The notes beneath the pieces were generated by a model. The model saw only the letters and a program-made list of their open reading frames with translations. It was not told where the DNA came from and searched no databases. A DNA stretch of 64,000 nt, from NCBI GenBank assembly GCA_964019335.1, contig OZ025660.1, positions 1 through 64,000 on the forward strand, given 5' to 3'. Position numbers and translations under genes: made by a program. The DNA is from Diplonema japonicum. Its lineage: Eukaryota > Protista > Euglenozoa: Diplonemea. Below, piece by piece: positions 43,680-54,300 of this stretch (positions within the stretch are counted from its first letter, which is position 1; every line of letters starts with the position of its first letter).

Positions 43680-46600
43680 TTAGCGCAGCACGGGGGCCGC
43701 GGGACCGGCGTCAAGAGAGACCGGAGGAGGGGGCGGCACGTTCGAAGGTGCAGTGACGTCTGTAGACGCCAGGGATGATGGCGAGGTGAACAGTCCGGAG
43801 CGTGACCAGGCGAGCAGGCCAGACTCAACAATGAGGTCGTAGATCTGGGTCACGCGTCTCGACAGGGAGAACGCTAGGGAGGGAGTACCAGCAGGAGTGT
43901 CGATCGCCCCCCTCCCGATCACAGGGCACCCACCGACAACATGCTCCCTGGACATCGGTGCTGCGTGGCAGGCTGGGCACCGGAGCACACCCTTGTGCTT
44001 CCTGTTCGGGCCAGCAGTCTGCAGGAAGCCGAAGAAGAGAGCCGAGTGACCAATCCGCAGCCGCGAGATGACCGTTTCAGCTTGTCTGGGGAAGCCAAGG
44101 GGGAAGTGCGCAGACCGAAGCTCGGTCGCCACCGCGTAGTTGTGGGCGAGGGATGTTATGAGCTCCGCGGACCTCCGCACCACCCACCGTCGCACCAGGG
44201 CCCTCACTGATCGGTAGTCAAGGGAGGGCCTGTCCTGCTTCCGCTTCGTTCCCTCCCCGGCCAGAGCGTCAGCCTTCTCGTTCCCGTCCACCCCACAGTG
44301 GGAGGGCACAAACTGGAGGACCACCGGTGTCCCCTGCGTGCGCGCCGCGGACACCAGCCGGCTCCACGTCTGGTGGTCGAGCTTCTCCCTCTGTCGCGTT
44401 GGGCCAGCTCGCAGCTGCTCGACGAGGGAGAGGGAGTCGGTGCAGATCGACAGCGGGGACTTCGCCAGCGAAGGGTGTGTTTTTCGGAGGGTAGCCACCA
44501 TATCCAGCGCCGTTTTCACAGCCATGCCCTCTGCCCGAAAAGATGAACAGAAGTCGTTGACGCCATGGCACACAGACACAGGGGTCAGGGGGGGAGGCAG
44601 CTGCAGATAAACCCCAGAGCCACCTTTCGCCTTCTGTCCGACCTGTACAACCGAGCCATCCGTGTAGGCATGGATGCCCGGGGGGAGAGCCGCAAGAGCA
44701 GCCTCGGCCGCCTTCCGCCTGTCCGCGTCTGGCGACGATCGCGTGACCCCGCCGGGGAGGTCAGTCCTGAAGTCGACCATGCCTGTCTGCCACGGGGCCG
44801 CCAGGGGCGTAGCCGACAGGTACTCGAAGTGCACCTTTGGTTCCAACCCGCATCGACGCAGTGCTTGGTAGCCAGAGCGCAGCCACCCACACCCCAGCCT
44901 GTTCGCCTGCTTCAGCTTGACCGTCTCCCTGTGAACCGGGGAAGACTGCCAGCAGAAGGCCTTCGCCGTCATCGTCGCCGCAGCACCCTCCGCCATTCTT
45001 TCGAGGGGAAGCAGTCCTGCCTCAGCTAGGAGCTTGTACCCTCCGGAGCCACTCCAGCAGCCCGTGATCAGCACCGCCGCCTCCTGGTGAAGCCCAGCCA
45101 GGTCCTTCCTCCCGACATCATCGAGCCTGCTGTAGTAGACCCCCATGCAGTAGCGCAGCAGCGGGAGGATGTACGTAACGTAGAGAGACCGCAGAGTGTC
45201 CCTCTTGCTGCCCCAGGACGTGCCGGACAAGAGCTTCAGCACCCTCAGCCTTTTGCTGGCCCGCCGTAGGATGTCCTGTGCGTGTTCACCGAACGTGAGC
45301 CCAGAGTCCACCGTAACCCCAAGGTACCTCGCGTGTTCAGACAGAGGCAGGGGACGGGCCGCAACGTAGTCCACGTCGGGCCGTCGCACGGCTGCATGCA
45401 TGTCCCGCACGCAGCGGATCCGCACACCACCCGCCTCCACAACCTGAAGGCCCGCCAGCTCCTGGTCCCCGGAGATCGTGCCATCGGCGTTCACCCCCAG
45501 GCCGAAGAGTGGGTTCTGGAAGGCACCTGGCTGAAGGGGGACTCGTGACGAAGTGAAGTAGACCCCGAGACGTTTCTGGGGGGGGACGCAGACTGCCTGC
45601 GTCTTGGACGTGCTCAGCAGCATGTCACGCTCCCTGCACCAGTCCTCAACCGCATCCACCACTGCCTGCGCCTTCCGCTCCAGCCCAGCCACGTCCCCTT
45701 GTCCAGAGGAGATCACAACCGCCACGTCGTCGGCGTAGAGCACCGAGACGTCCGCCAGTCCCTCCAGTCTCCTGGCGAGTTCGTCGACGTAGATGGTGTA
45801 CAGGATGGGACCCAAGACAGAGCCCTGGGGGACACCCCGTCGCACCTTCGTCGTCGACCCCCTCGACCGTCCAATCGTGACCGCAGCAGTACGGCCGCAT
45901 AGAAAGGACCGCGTCCACTCCACGAAGGGTTCGGGGAGACCCTTCCCTCGCATCTTGTCCAGCAGGGCACCATGGGGCACCAGGTCGAAGGCAGAAGAGA
46001 AGTCGAACAGCAGAGCGGCCGAGAGACGTCGATCGTCTTTGTTCCTCGACATGCACTCAGTGAGGGTTGCCACCTGCTCCTCCGTGGAGCGGCCGCGTCT
46101 GAAACCAGCCTGGCTGTCGTGGAGTCCCTCGACTCCCGTCCCGTCCGCGTCAAGAAGAAACGTGAGCCTCTCCTCGATCATCCTCTCCAGCAGCTTGCAG
46201 AGGCAGCTGGTCAGGCAGATCGGCCGGTAGGAAGCCAAGAGAGTCGCATCTTTTCCAGGTTTCGGTACCGGGACGATCACTCCCTTCTTCCAGGCACCGG
46301 GGACGACACCCATCAGCCAGGAGCGATTGAGGAGTAGAAGGAGGACACCGAGGGAGTCCGTGTTCAGGTGTAGGAGCATCTCCGAGAAGATTCCGTCTTC
46401 CCCGGCCGCGCTGCGCGTCTTCATCCTTCTCAGGCCGCGGGTGAGGTCGTCCACGGTGAAGGCTTGACACCCGAGTCTGCTTGCAGAAGGAGCGGCGTCC
46501 TTCGAGTTCCCGTCACCACGCCTGCCGTAGAGCTTAGCGAAGTGCGCCCCCAGCCGGTCGGCCTTCGCCTTGTCCGACACAAATCTTCCCTCGAGTACAG

Positions 46601-47831
46601 GAAGGTGTGTCTTTCGGTGCCTGCCGTCCAGCTTCTTCACCGCTCTGAACGCAGCCCCGAGGTCCTTGCTCCGGCTGAGGTCGGCCGCCATCCTTCCCCA
46701 TGCCTCACGCTTCGTCTCGTCAAGGAGTCGGTTGACTTCCTTCACCTTCGCCCTGTACTCCTCCACCACCACGTCCGCCTCTTGAAGCAGGAGTTCGCGC
46801 AGGGTGTTCCGCTCTTCGAAGGCGTCCTCGAGCTCAGCAGTCCACCAGGGGGTCGGGCCACGTCGCATCCCACAGAGGGGAATGTGGTCGTTCGCCGCAG
46901 TCAAAAGGGCTTGTGTAAACCCCTTCGTGACAGAGTCAATCGGAGCCGCCGTGTCAACACCAGCAAGCAGGCGGGCAACAGCAGCAGTGTAGTCATCCCA
47001 TCTGGCTTTTTTGAAATTCCAGGTGGGGAAGGGGCGCTCCGAACGGTAGACGTCCTCAAGAGGCAGGTGAAAGGATACGGGACTATGATCGGAGCCCCAC
47101 GTGCCCAGCGTCTTCGGCTCAAGCTTCGCGCAGCGCCCCACAACCAGGTCCAGAACGTGTCGTGACGAGTCCCTCGTCGGTTCGTTGCGGTCGTTGTAGA
47201 CGGTGTACCCGTGGGTGTCCAGCCAGTCCCTGACCACGTTCCCCCTCTCGTTCGGCGTCGTCACCGTGGCGTCCCAGGAGCTGTGGTGAGCATTGAAGTC
47301 ACCCGCTATGACTGTGTTCTTCCCCATGGGAAGGCTGCCAGGCCGCAGGTACTCAGGGTCCCTCGTGCCTCTGCTCGCGCTTACCGGTGTAAGGTAAACG
47401 TTGGAGAGAGTGATCGGCTCACGCTTCTCGCAGGAGATCCTCACATCCAGTCTCTCAGTGACACAGTCCCCAGCCGGGAGTACGTGCGGAACCTCCTCCG
47501 AGGCAAGATCGTCGCGGACATACGTGACAATACCACCACCCCTCGTCGCAGTGCCGTCAGTCACCGGTGTCAACCGATCCCTCCTGTATGACCTGTACCC
47601 AGGCAGGTGTGGCGTGTCGTGCCCTTCCCTCAGGTGCGTCTCCTGTATCATGATGATGTCCAGCGACAAGAAGTCAGCATGGCGAGATACGACGGTCCAT
47701 TTCGCAACGAGGCCGTTGCAGTTCCACGAGACAACCTTGAGACCCTTAGGCGACGGGGGCGGCAGCTTCTTGGGTGGGCCAGGGTTTGTTTCGACCAGCC
47801 CAAGCAGCCCCAGCAGGTCCCTGACGGACAT
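43680..47831 (-). CDS. Family A ORF2, 1383 aa: 2A-like peptide, AP endonuclease, RT, RNase H, CCHC (Ingi/I-group-like architecture)
   Basis: LVETNPGP; SWNCNG/IQETH/GDFNAHH/SDH; QGSVLGP/YADD; YTDGS/TDS/GNEKAD; CPAC..H...C. Confidence 0.95.
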   Translation of the reverse strand: MSVRDLLGLLGLVETNPGPPKKLPPPSPKGLKVVSWNCNGLVAKWTVVSRHADFLSLDIIMIQETHLREGHDTPHLPGYRSYRRDRLTPVTDGTATRGGGIVTYVRDDLASEEVPHVLPAGDCVTERLDVRISCEKREPITLSNVYLTPVSASRGTRDPEYLRPGSLPMGKNTVIAGDFNAHHSSWDATVTTPNERGNVVRDWLDTHGYTVYNDRNEPTRDSSRHVLDLVVGRCAKLEPKTLGTWGSDHSPVSFHLPLEDVYRSERPFPTWNFKKARWDDYTAAVARLLAGVDTAAPIDSVTKGFTQALLTAANDHIPLCGMRRGPTPWWTAELEDAFEERNTLRELLLQEADVVVEEYRAKVKEVNRLLDETKREAWGRMAADLSRSKDLGAAFRAVKKLDGRHRKTHLPVLEGRFVSDKAKADRLGAHFAKLYGRRGDGNSKDAAPSASRLGCQAFTVDDLTRGLRRMKTRSAAGEDGIFSEMLLHLNTDSLGVLLLLLNRSWLMGVVPGAWKKGVIVPVPKPGKDATLLASYRPICLTSCLCKLLERMIEERLTFLLDADGTGVEGLHDSQAGFRRGRSTEEQVATLTECMSRNKDDRRLSAALLFDFSSAFDLVPHGALLDKMRGKGLPEPFVEWTRSFLCGRTAAVTIGRSRGSTTKVRRGVPQGSVLGPILYTIYVDELARRLEGLADVSVLYADDVAVVISSGQGDVAGLERKAQAVVDAVEDWCRERDMLLSTSKTQAVCVPPQKRLGVYFTSSRVPLQPGAFQNPLFGLGVNADGTISGDQELAGLQVVEAGGVRIRCVRDMHAAVRRPDVDYVAARPLPLSEHARYLGVTVDSGLTFGEHAQDILRRASKRLRVLKLLSGTSWGSKRDTLRSLYVTYILPLLRYCMGVYYSRLDDVGRKDLAGLHQEAAVLITGCWSGSGGYKLLAEAGLLPLERMAEGAAATMTAKAFCWQSSPVHRETVKLKQANRLGCGWLRSGYQALRRCGLEPKVHFEYLSATPLAAPWQTGMVDFRTDLPGGVTRSSPDADRRKAAEAALAALPPGIHAYTDGSVVQVGQKAKGGSGVYLQLPPPLTPVSVCHGVNDFCSSFRAEGMAVKTALDMVATLRKTHPSLAKSPLSICTDSLSLVEQLRAGPTRQREKLDHQTWSRLVSAARTQGTPVVLQFVPSHCGVDGNEKADALAGEGTKRKQDRPSLDYRSVRALVRRWVVRRSAELITSLAHNYAVATELRSAHFPLGFPRQAETVISRLRIGHSALFFGFLQTAGPNRKHKGVLRCPACHAAPMSREHVVGGCPVIGRGAIDTPAGTPSLAFSLSRRVTQIYDLIVESGLLAWSRSGLFTSPSSLASTDVTAPSNVPPPPPVSLDAGPAAPVLR

Positions 47832-47972
47832 CCTCCCGAGTAGGGTGGGGATCAGTGCAGAAAAGTCGGTGAAGAAACAGAGAGGTAGGAGTCTCCTGGG
47901 GAGGATGCGAGGGAGACTAGGAGAGGGAGCATGGTCGTAGATCTGCTGCTCCCCCTGTTCTGCGGGGCCCCT

Positions 47973-50828
47973 TCAATTGGATGGACCCATGGAGGCAGAG
48001 CGCCCCTTGACCCCATTGGTGAAGAGATCTTTGGTCTCCGCGAACGACCTGGCCCGCCCCCTCGTACCCAGGTTCGTCACCGCAGCCTCAGAGGTCGTAG
48101 CGAGAGGAGGAGCCCCCTTCTTCCCCTTCCCCTTCCCTTTCCAGACACTGTCGTGTGTCGTCGTCGCCCCCGGTGTAGGGTCCCGCGGCACTGCCGTTCC
48201 CGTCGTCAGCGTGGCCGCCTGCGGCAGGAGGAGGCGGAGCGTCGTCCGCAGATCGGAGATCATCTCCTGCTGAGAGTCGATCGTCCTCTGCAGCCCGACG
48301 ATCGACTCCTTCAGCGTGGCGACGAGCTCAGTGAGAGCGGCGACCTCAGGCGACCCGGAAGGGACTCCCTCCTTGTTTCCCGCAGACACGTTGCGGGGCG
48401 GTGTAGGGGACGTCACAGTGTCGAGCTGGGGGGGAGCCACCGAGCTCGGTATGGACGCCCACGGGCTGGTGGGAGGAAGCCCAGTTGCTTTCACCGCAGG
48501 GCCAGTCTCCGAGGGTGTCGACGCCGATACAGGTGCCGGGTCAGGTACAGGTGTAGTAGGCGCAGGTGCAGGTACATGAGAAGATGTGGGTGCCGGGGTC
48601 GAGGACGTTGCAAGCGCAGGTGCAGATGCAGGTGTCGTCCTGTTGATGAGAGGGGGCGGCTTGACGGTCGGGTGGTCGTCCGCATCACGGAGACAGACAA
48701 GGCGCCCCCCAAGGAGCCACGTCCTGGACTTCGGGGGCGGGCTGTCGACGACGATGAAGAACACGAGTTGCCTCGTGCCCTGGAACATCGTCTGCGTGCG
48801 TCGCAGGACGGAGGATGGTTTCCAACCGATGTGGTCCATCACTTCGTCGAAGGCCGCCCTGGTGATGGACGGCGGGGCCCCGGTGAGCAAAAACTTGCGC
48901 TTCGTACGCAGTTTTGCGAGGGTTTCCCGGAGCCGCTGTTCCGTCTCCGGTAGGCACCGCACAGTCCATCCCTTACGGTGCGCCACCCCGAGAGACAACC
49001 CACCCAGCGTCCCCGCAATCCGAAAGGCATCCGCCCTCCCTTCCGCCACGATGGGTACATAAGCGTACCCCCCGCGTCTCTCCGTCGTCCGCATTAAGCA
49101 CCCGTCCCCGGACCGGCGCAGGACGGCGTGGACGTGTGCTGCTTGCAGGCGCAGTCCCACCTCGTGGGTCCAGTGCCTCGCCCGCGGTTCCTCCTCACCG
49201 AACTTCCTTGGGCGGAAGACCGCACGATCCTCCACCACCGCGCCCTGAGCCTTGGCGAGCTCCAGGACCCTGGCCTTCGCCTCCTTCAGGCTGTCTGCAC
49301 TGACACAGACGTAGACGACCTCCGATCCGCTGTTGAAGGTGGAAGGCGGGGTGTAGGTGGGGGGGTCCAGCCCGAACGTGGAGACGTGGACCCTCCTGTT
49401 CACTGCGCGCGACCCAGAGACCATGACAATCTCGCTGGGGGTGGTGACACCGGGGACCTCTGTCATAAGGACAAAGGTGATGGATGCCGTAGGTAACGCG
49501 GAGCACACGACCCCCATTCCGGAGGGATCGTCGAGCGCAATGACAGCGCGGGATGTTTCCGTCGGGGGGGACACGTTGGTGTAGATCGGGGCGTCCCATG
49601 TGTCTGGCACCAGGTCCCATCGCGGGGTTGTGGAAGGGGCAGGGGCAGGGTCGTCCTCCATCTCCTCAGGGCCAGAGCTGGTGTCAGAGTCTGAGCTGAG
49701 GAGGAGCGTGCCTTGGTCTGTTGACGCGTTGGCGGAAGCGTTCGCGACTGCTTCGTCCTCGACCTTCTGGGCATCTGCCTTCTTGGCGGCCGCCAACCTC
49801 AAAGCTTCCTCCTTTTTGGCAGCGGCTGCGGCGGCTTCCTTTTCGGCGGCGGCGGTGGCTGCGACCTTCTTCTTCTCCTCGGCGGTGGCGGCTGCGGCTG
49901 CGGTCTCCTTCTCGGCGGCGGCGGCTGCAGCTTGCTTCCTGGCGGCGTCGGCTGCGGCCTTCCTCTCGGCGGCGGCGGCGGCAGCGGCTTTCTTCTCGGC
50001 GGCGGCCTTCTCCTCGGCGGCGGCGGCGGCTGCTGCTTTCTTCTCGGCGGCGGCGGCGGCTGCGGCTTTCTTCTTCTCGGCTGCAGCGGCTGCGGCTGTA
50101 GCCTTCTTCTCCTCGGCTGCTTTCATCTCGGCCGCAGCACGCGCAGCCTCCTTCTCCTCTGCCGCAAGTCGTGCAGTAGACCGCTCGCGCAGAGCCTTCT
50201 CCTCAGCCTCGACTGCTCTGCGAGCAGCCTCCACACCAGCCACGCGTGCAGCTTCCGTCTCGGCTGCCATTTTGACAACAGCAGCATCAGCCACCTCCTG
50301 CGCAGCCTTCATCTTAGCAGCTATTTCTGCAGCTACCACGTCGGCCGACTCGCGTGCAGCTTCCAAATCAGCAGCGATTCCCGCGAGTTCGACGTCGGCC
50401 GCAGTGCGTGCGGCTTCGAGGGGGTGTGTGGCGTCAGCTATGTGTGCGGCTTCGGCGGCAGCGTCAGCGCGCGCGGCTCTGGCGGCCTTCCTCCTAGCTT
50501 TTTTGCTGGAGGTCGGGGTGGCGACGCTGGCGTCAGGCGAAACCGGCCTTTTGACGGAGCCGGTCGGGGTGGAGGCGACAGGTGTCGCTGGGCCGGCTGT
50601 AGCGGCGGCGGCGTCGGGCGTGAGGAGGTCAATTACGGTGACCACCCCCGTCATCTTCTCCCGGTGCTCCGGCGTCAGGAGCTGCCCCAGCTCCCCGGCT
50701 GCTCCAGCGCTGCGGAGCATCCTCTCCACCCGCCGCTCCTCCCTGGCCTTGGACTGGGCCAGCTGCGTGCTGGCCCCGTTCCCTTCCGGCTTTGCCTTCT
50801 CCTTGTGCTTGTCTTTCTTCTTGCCCAT
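47973..50828 (-). CDS. Family A ORF1 (951 aa)
   Basis: Starts MGKKKDK at 50828. The longer predicted ORF just runs into the upstream element's tail. Confidence 0.88.
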   Translation of the reverse strand: MGKKKDKHKEKAKPEGNGASTQLAQSKAREERRVERMLRSAGAAGELGQLLTPEHREKMTGVVTVIDLLTPDAAAATAGPATPVASTPTGSVKRPVSPDASVATPTSSKKARRKAARAARADAAAEAAHIADATHPLEAARTAADVELAGIAADLEAARESADVVAAEIAAKMKAAQEVADAAVVKMAAETEAARVAGVEAARRAVEAEEKALRERSTARLAAEEKEAARAAAEMKAAEEKKATAAAAAAEKKKAAAAAAAEKKAAAAAAAEEKAAAEKKAAAAAAAERKAAADAARKQAAAAAAEKETAAAAATAEEKKKVAATAAAEKEAAAAAAKKEEALRLAAAKKADAQKVEDEAVANASANASTDQGTLLLSSDSDTSSGPEEMEDDPAPAPSTTPRWDLVPDTWDAPIYTNVSPPTETSRAVIALDDPSGMGVVCSALPTASITFVLMTEVPGVTTPSEIVMVSGSRAVNRRVHVSTFGLDPPTYTPPSTFNSGSEVVYVCVSADSLKEAKARVLELAKAQGAVVEDRAVFRPRKFGEEEPRARHWTHEVGLRLQAAHVHAVLRRSGDGCLMRTTERRGGYAYVPIVAEGRADAFRIAGTLGGLSLGVAHRKGWTVRCLPETEQRLRETLAKLRTKRKFLLTGAPPSITRAAFDEVMDHIGWKPSSVLRRTQTMFQGTRQLVFFIVVDSPPPKSRTWLLGGRLVCLRDADDHPTVKPPPLINRTTPASAPALATSSTPAPTSSHVPAPAPTTPVPDPAPVSASTPSETGPAVKATGLPPTSPWASIPSSVAPPQLDTVTSPTPPRNVSAGNKEGVPSGSPEVAALTELVATLKESIVGLQRTIDSQQEMISDLRTTLRLLLPQAATLTTGTAVPRDPTPGATTTHDSVWKGKGKGKKGAPPLATTSEAAVTNLGTRGRARSFAETKDLFTNGVKGRSASMGPSN

Positions 50829-51314
50829 TTTTCTTTTCTTTTCTTTCCTTTCCTTTCCTTTGTTGTTTTCTTTTTTTTTTTTTTTTTCAAAATACCAATG
50901 CAGGGCCGCCATGGAGAGCAACGCCTGAGAAAAGGGGAAAAAAAGGTGAAGGGAAACCATGGGGAAATAGGGAGGGCAATGGACCAGGCTTCTGCAAGCA
51001 GGAGGAGCCCTGGTCCCCCACCAACCCGTGCTCTGCTTTGGGACAGCCGAAGAGGGCTGAATTACATTATTCCCTCAGTCAAGTGAGAGAAAAACGGGGG
51101 CCTACCTTCCAGCTGGATGTCCTTCTTTGGCTGGAACCTCCGGCGGAAAGCCCCCCAGGGAGGTATTGCTCCTATTGAGCGAATCATTGGTGAGTGTGAA
51201 AATAAAATAAAAAGGGGAAATGGGAAACAGTGAGAGGAAGGTGAAGGAAGGGAAAGGAAGGGAAAGGAAAGTGGAAAACACAACATTTCACTTTACACAC
51301 ACGCGGGCGATCCC

Positions 51315-54300
51315 TTAGCGCAGCACGGGGGCCGCGGGACCGGCGTCAAGAGAGACCGGAGGAGGGGGCGGCACGTTCGAAGGTGCAGTGACGTCTGTAG
51401 ACGCCAGGGATGATGGCGAGGTGAACAGTCCGGAGCGTGACCAGGCGAGCAGGCCAGACTCAACAATGAGGTCGTAGATCTGGGTCACGCGTCTCGACAG
51501 GGAGAACGCTAGGGAGGGAGTACCAGCAGGAGTGTCGATCGCCCCCCTCCCGATCACAGGGCACCCACCGACAACATGCTCCCTGGACATCGGTGCTGCG
51601 TGGCAGGCTGGGCACCGGAGCACACCCTTGTGCTTCCTGTTCGGGCCAGCAGTCTGCAGGAAGCCGAAGAAGAGAGCCGAGTGACCAATCCGCAGCCGCG
51701 AGATGACCGTTTCAGCTTGTCTGGGGAAGCCAAGGGGGAAGTGCGCAGACCGAAGCTCGGTCGCCACCGCGTAGTTGTGGGCGAGGGATGTTATGAGCTC
51801 CGCGGACCTCCGCACCACCCACCGTCGCACCAGGGCCCTCACTGATCGGTAGTCAAGGCAGGGCCTGTCCTGCTTCCGCTTCGTTCCCTCCCCGGCCAGA
51901 GCGTCAGCCTTCTCGTTCCCGTCCACCCCACAGTGGGAGGGCACAAACTGGAGGACCACCGGTGTCCCCTGCGTGCGCGCCGCGGACACCAGCCGGCTCC
52001 ACGTCTGGTGGTCGAGCTTCTCCCTCTGTCGCGTTGGGCCAGCTCGCAGCTGCTCGACGAGGGAGAGGGAGTCGGTGCAGATCGACAGCGGGGACTTCGC
52101 CAGCGAAGGGTGTGTTTTTCGGAGGGTGGCCACCATATCCAGTGCCGTTTTCACAGCCATGCCCTCTGCCCGAAAGGATGAACAGAAGTCGTTGACGCCA
52201 TGGCACACAGACACAGGGGTCAGGGGGGGAGGCAGCTGCAGATAAACCCCAGAGCCACCTTTCGCCTTCTGTCCGACCTGTACAACCGAGCCATCCGTGT
52301 AGGCATGGATGCCCGGGGGGAGAGCCGCAAGAGCAGCCTCGGCCGCCTTCCGCCTGTCCGCGTCTGGCGACGATCGCGTGACCCCGCCGGGGAGGTCAGT
52401 CCTGAAGTCGACCATGCCTGTCTGCCACGGGGCCGCCAGGGGCGTAGCCGACAGGTACTCGAAGTGCACCTTTGGTTCCAACCCGCATCGACGCAGTGCT
52501 TGGTAGCCAGAGCGCAGCCACCCACACCCCAGCCTGTTCGCCTGCTTCAGCTTGACCGTCTCCCTGTGAACCGGGGAAGACTGCCAGCAGAAGGCCTTCG
52601 CCGTCATCGTCGCCGCAGCACCCTCCGCCATTCTTTCGAGGGGAAGCAGTCCTGCCTCAGCTAGGAGCTTGTACCCTCCGGAGCCACTCCAGCAGCCCGT
52701 GATCAGCACCGCCGCCTCCTGGTGAAGCCCAGCCAGGTCCTTCCTCCCGACATCATCGAGCCTGCTGTAGTAGACCCCCATGCAGTAGCGCAGCAGCGGG
52801 AGGATGTACGTAACGTAGAGAGACCGCAGAGTGTCCCTCTTGCTGCCCCAGGACGTGCCGGACAAGAGCTTCAGCACCCTCAGCCTTTTGCTGGCCCGCC
52901 GTAGGATGTCCTGTGCGTGTTCACCGAACGTGAGCCCAGAGTCCACCGTAACCCCAAGGTACCTCGCGTGTTCAGATAGAGGCAGGGGACGGGCCGCAAC
53001 GTAATCCACGTCGGGCCGTCGCACGGCTGCATGCATGTCCCGCACGCAGCGGATCCGCACACCACCCGCCTCCACAACCTGAAGGCCCGCCAGCTCCTGG
53101 TCCCCGGAGATCGTGCCATCGGCGTTCACCCCCAGGCCGAAGAGCGGGTTCTGGAAGGCACCTGGCTGAAGGGGGACTCGTGACGAAGTGAAGTAGACCC
53201 CGAGACGTTTCTGGGGGGGGACGCAGACTGCCTGCGTCTTGGACGTGCTCAGCAGCATGTCACGCTCCCTGCACCAGTCCTCAACCGCATCCACCACTGC
53301 CTGCGCCTTCCGCTCCAGCCCAGCCACGTCCCCTTGTCCAGAGGAGATCACAACCGCCACGTCGTCGGCGTAGAGCACCGAGACGTCCGCCAGTCCCTCC
53401 AGTCTCCTGGCGAGTTCGTCGACGTAGATGGTGTACAGGATGGGACCCAAGACAGAGCCCTGGGGGACACCCCGTCGCACCTTCGTCGTCGACCCCCTCG
53501 ACCGTCCAATCGTGACCGCAGCAGTACGGCCGCATAGAAAGGACCGCGTCCACTCCACGAAGGGTTCGGGGAGACCCTTCCCTCGCATCTTGTCCAGCAG
53601 GGCACCATGGGGCACCAGGTCGAAGGCAGAAGAGAAGTCGAACAGCAGAGCGGCCGAGAGACGTCGATCGTCTTTGTTCCTCGACATGCACTCAGTGAGG
53701 GTTGCCACCTGCTCCTCCGTGGAGCGGCCGCGTCTGAAACCAGCCTGGCTGTCGTGGAGTCCCTCGACTCCCGTCCCGTCCGCGTCAAGAAGAAACGTGA
53801 GCCTCTCCTCGATCATCCTCTCCAGCAGCTTGCAGAGGCAGCTGGTCAGGCAGATCGGCCGGTAGGAAGCCAAGAGAGTCGCATCTTTTCCAGGTTTCGG
53901 TACCGGGACGATCACTCCCTTCTTCCAGGCACCGGGGACGACACCCATCAGCCAGGAGCGATTGAGGAGTAGAAGGAGGACACCGAGGGAGTCCGTGTTC
54001 AGGTGTAGGAGCATCTCCGAGAAGATTCCGTCTTCCCCGGCCGCGCTGCGCGTCTTCATCCTTCTCAGGCCGCGGGTGAGGTCGTCCACGGTGAACGCTT
54101 GACACCCGAGTCTGCTTGCAGAAGGAGCGGCGTCCTTCGAGTTCCCGTCACCACGCCTGCCGTAGAGCTTAGCGAAGTGCGCCCCCAGCCGGTCGGCCTT
54201 CGCCTTGTCCGACACAAATCTTCCCTCGAGTACAGGAAGGTGTGTCTTTCGGTGCCTGCCGTCCAGCTTCTTCACCGCTCTGAACGCAGCCCCGAGGTCC

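Larger units (their letters stand above)
43235..50862 (-). mobile_element. Family A, intact full-length copy (candidate active element)
   Basis: Poly(A) at 43235-43252; TSD TTGTTTTC(T)n at 43227 and 50863; both ORFs intact. Confidence 0.95.

Noticed and set aside
47973-47975. Selenocysteine or a reassigned genetic code as the explanation for the in-frame TGA
   Set aside because: TGA terminates other ORFs in the window, and I could not fit a canonical SECIS conserved in both subfamily UTRs. Not formally excluded.
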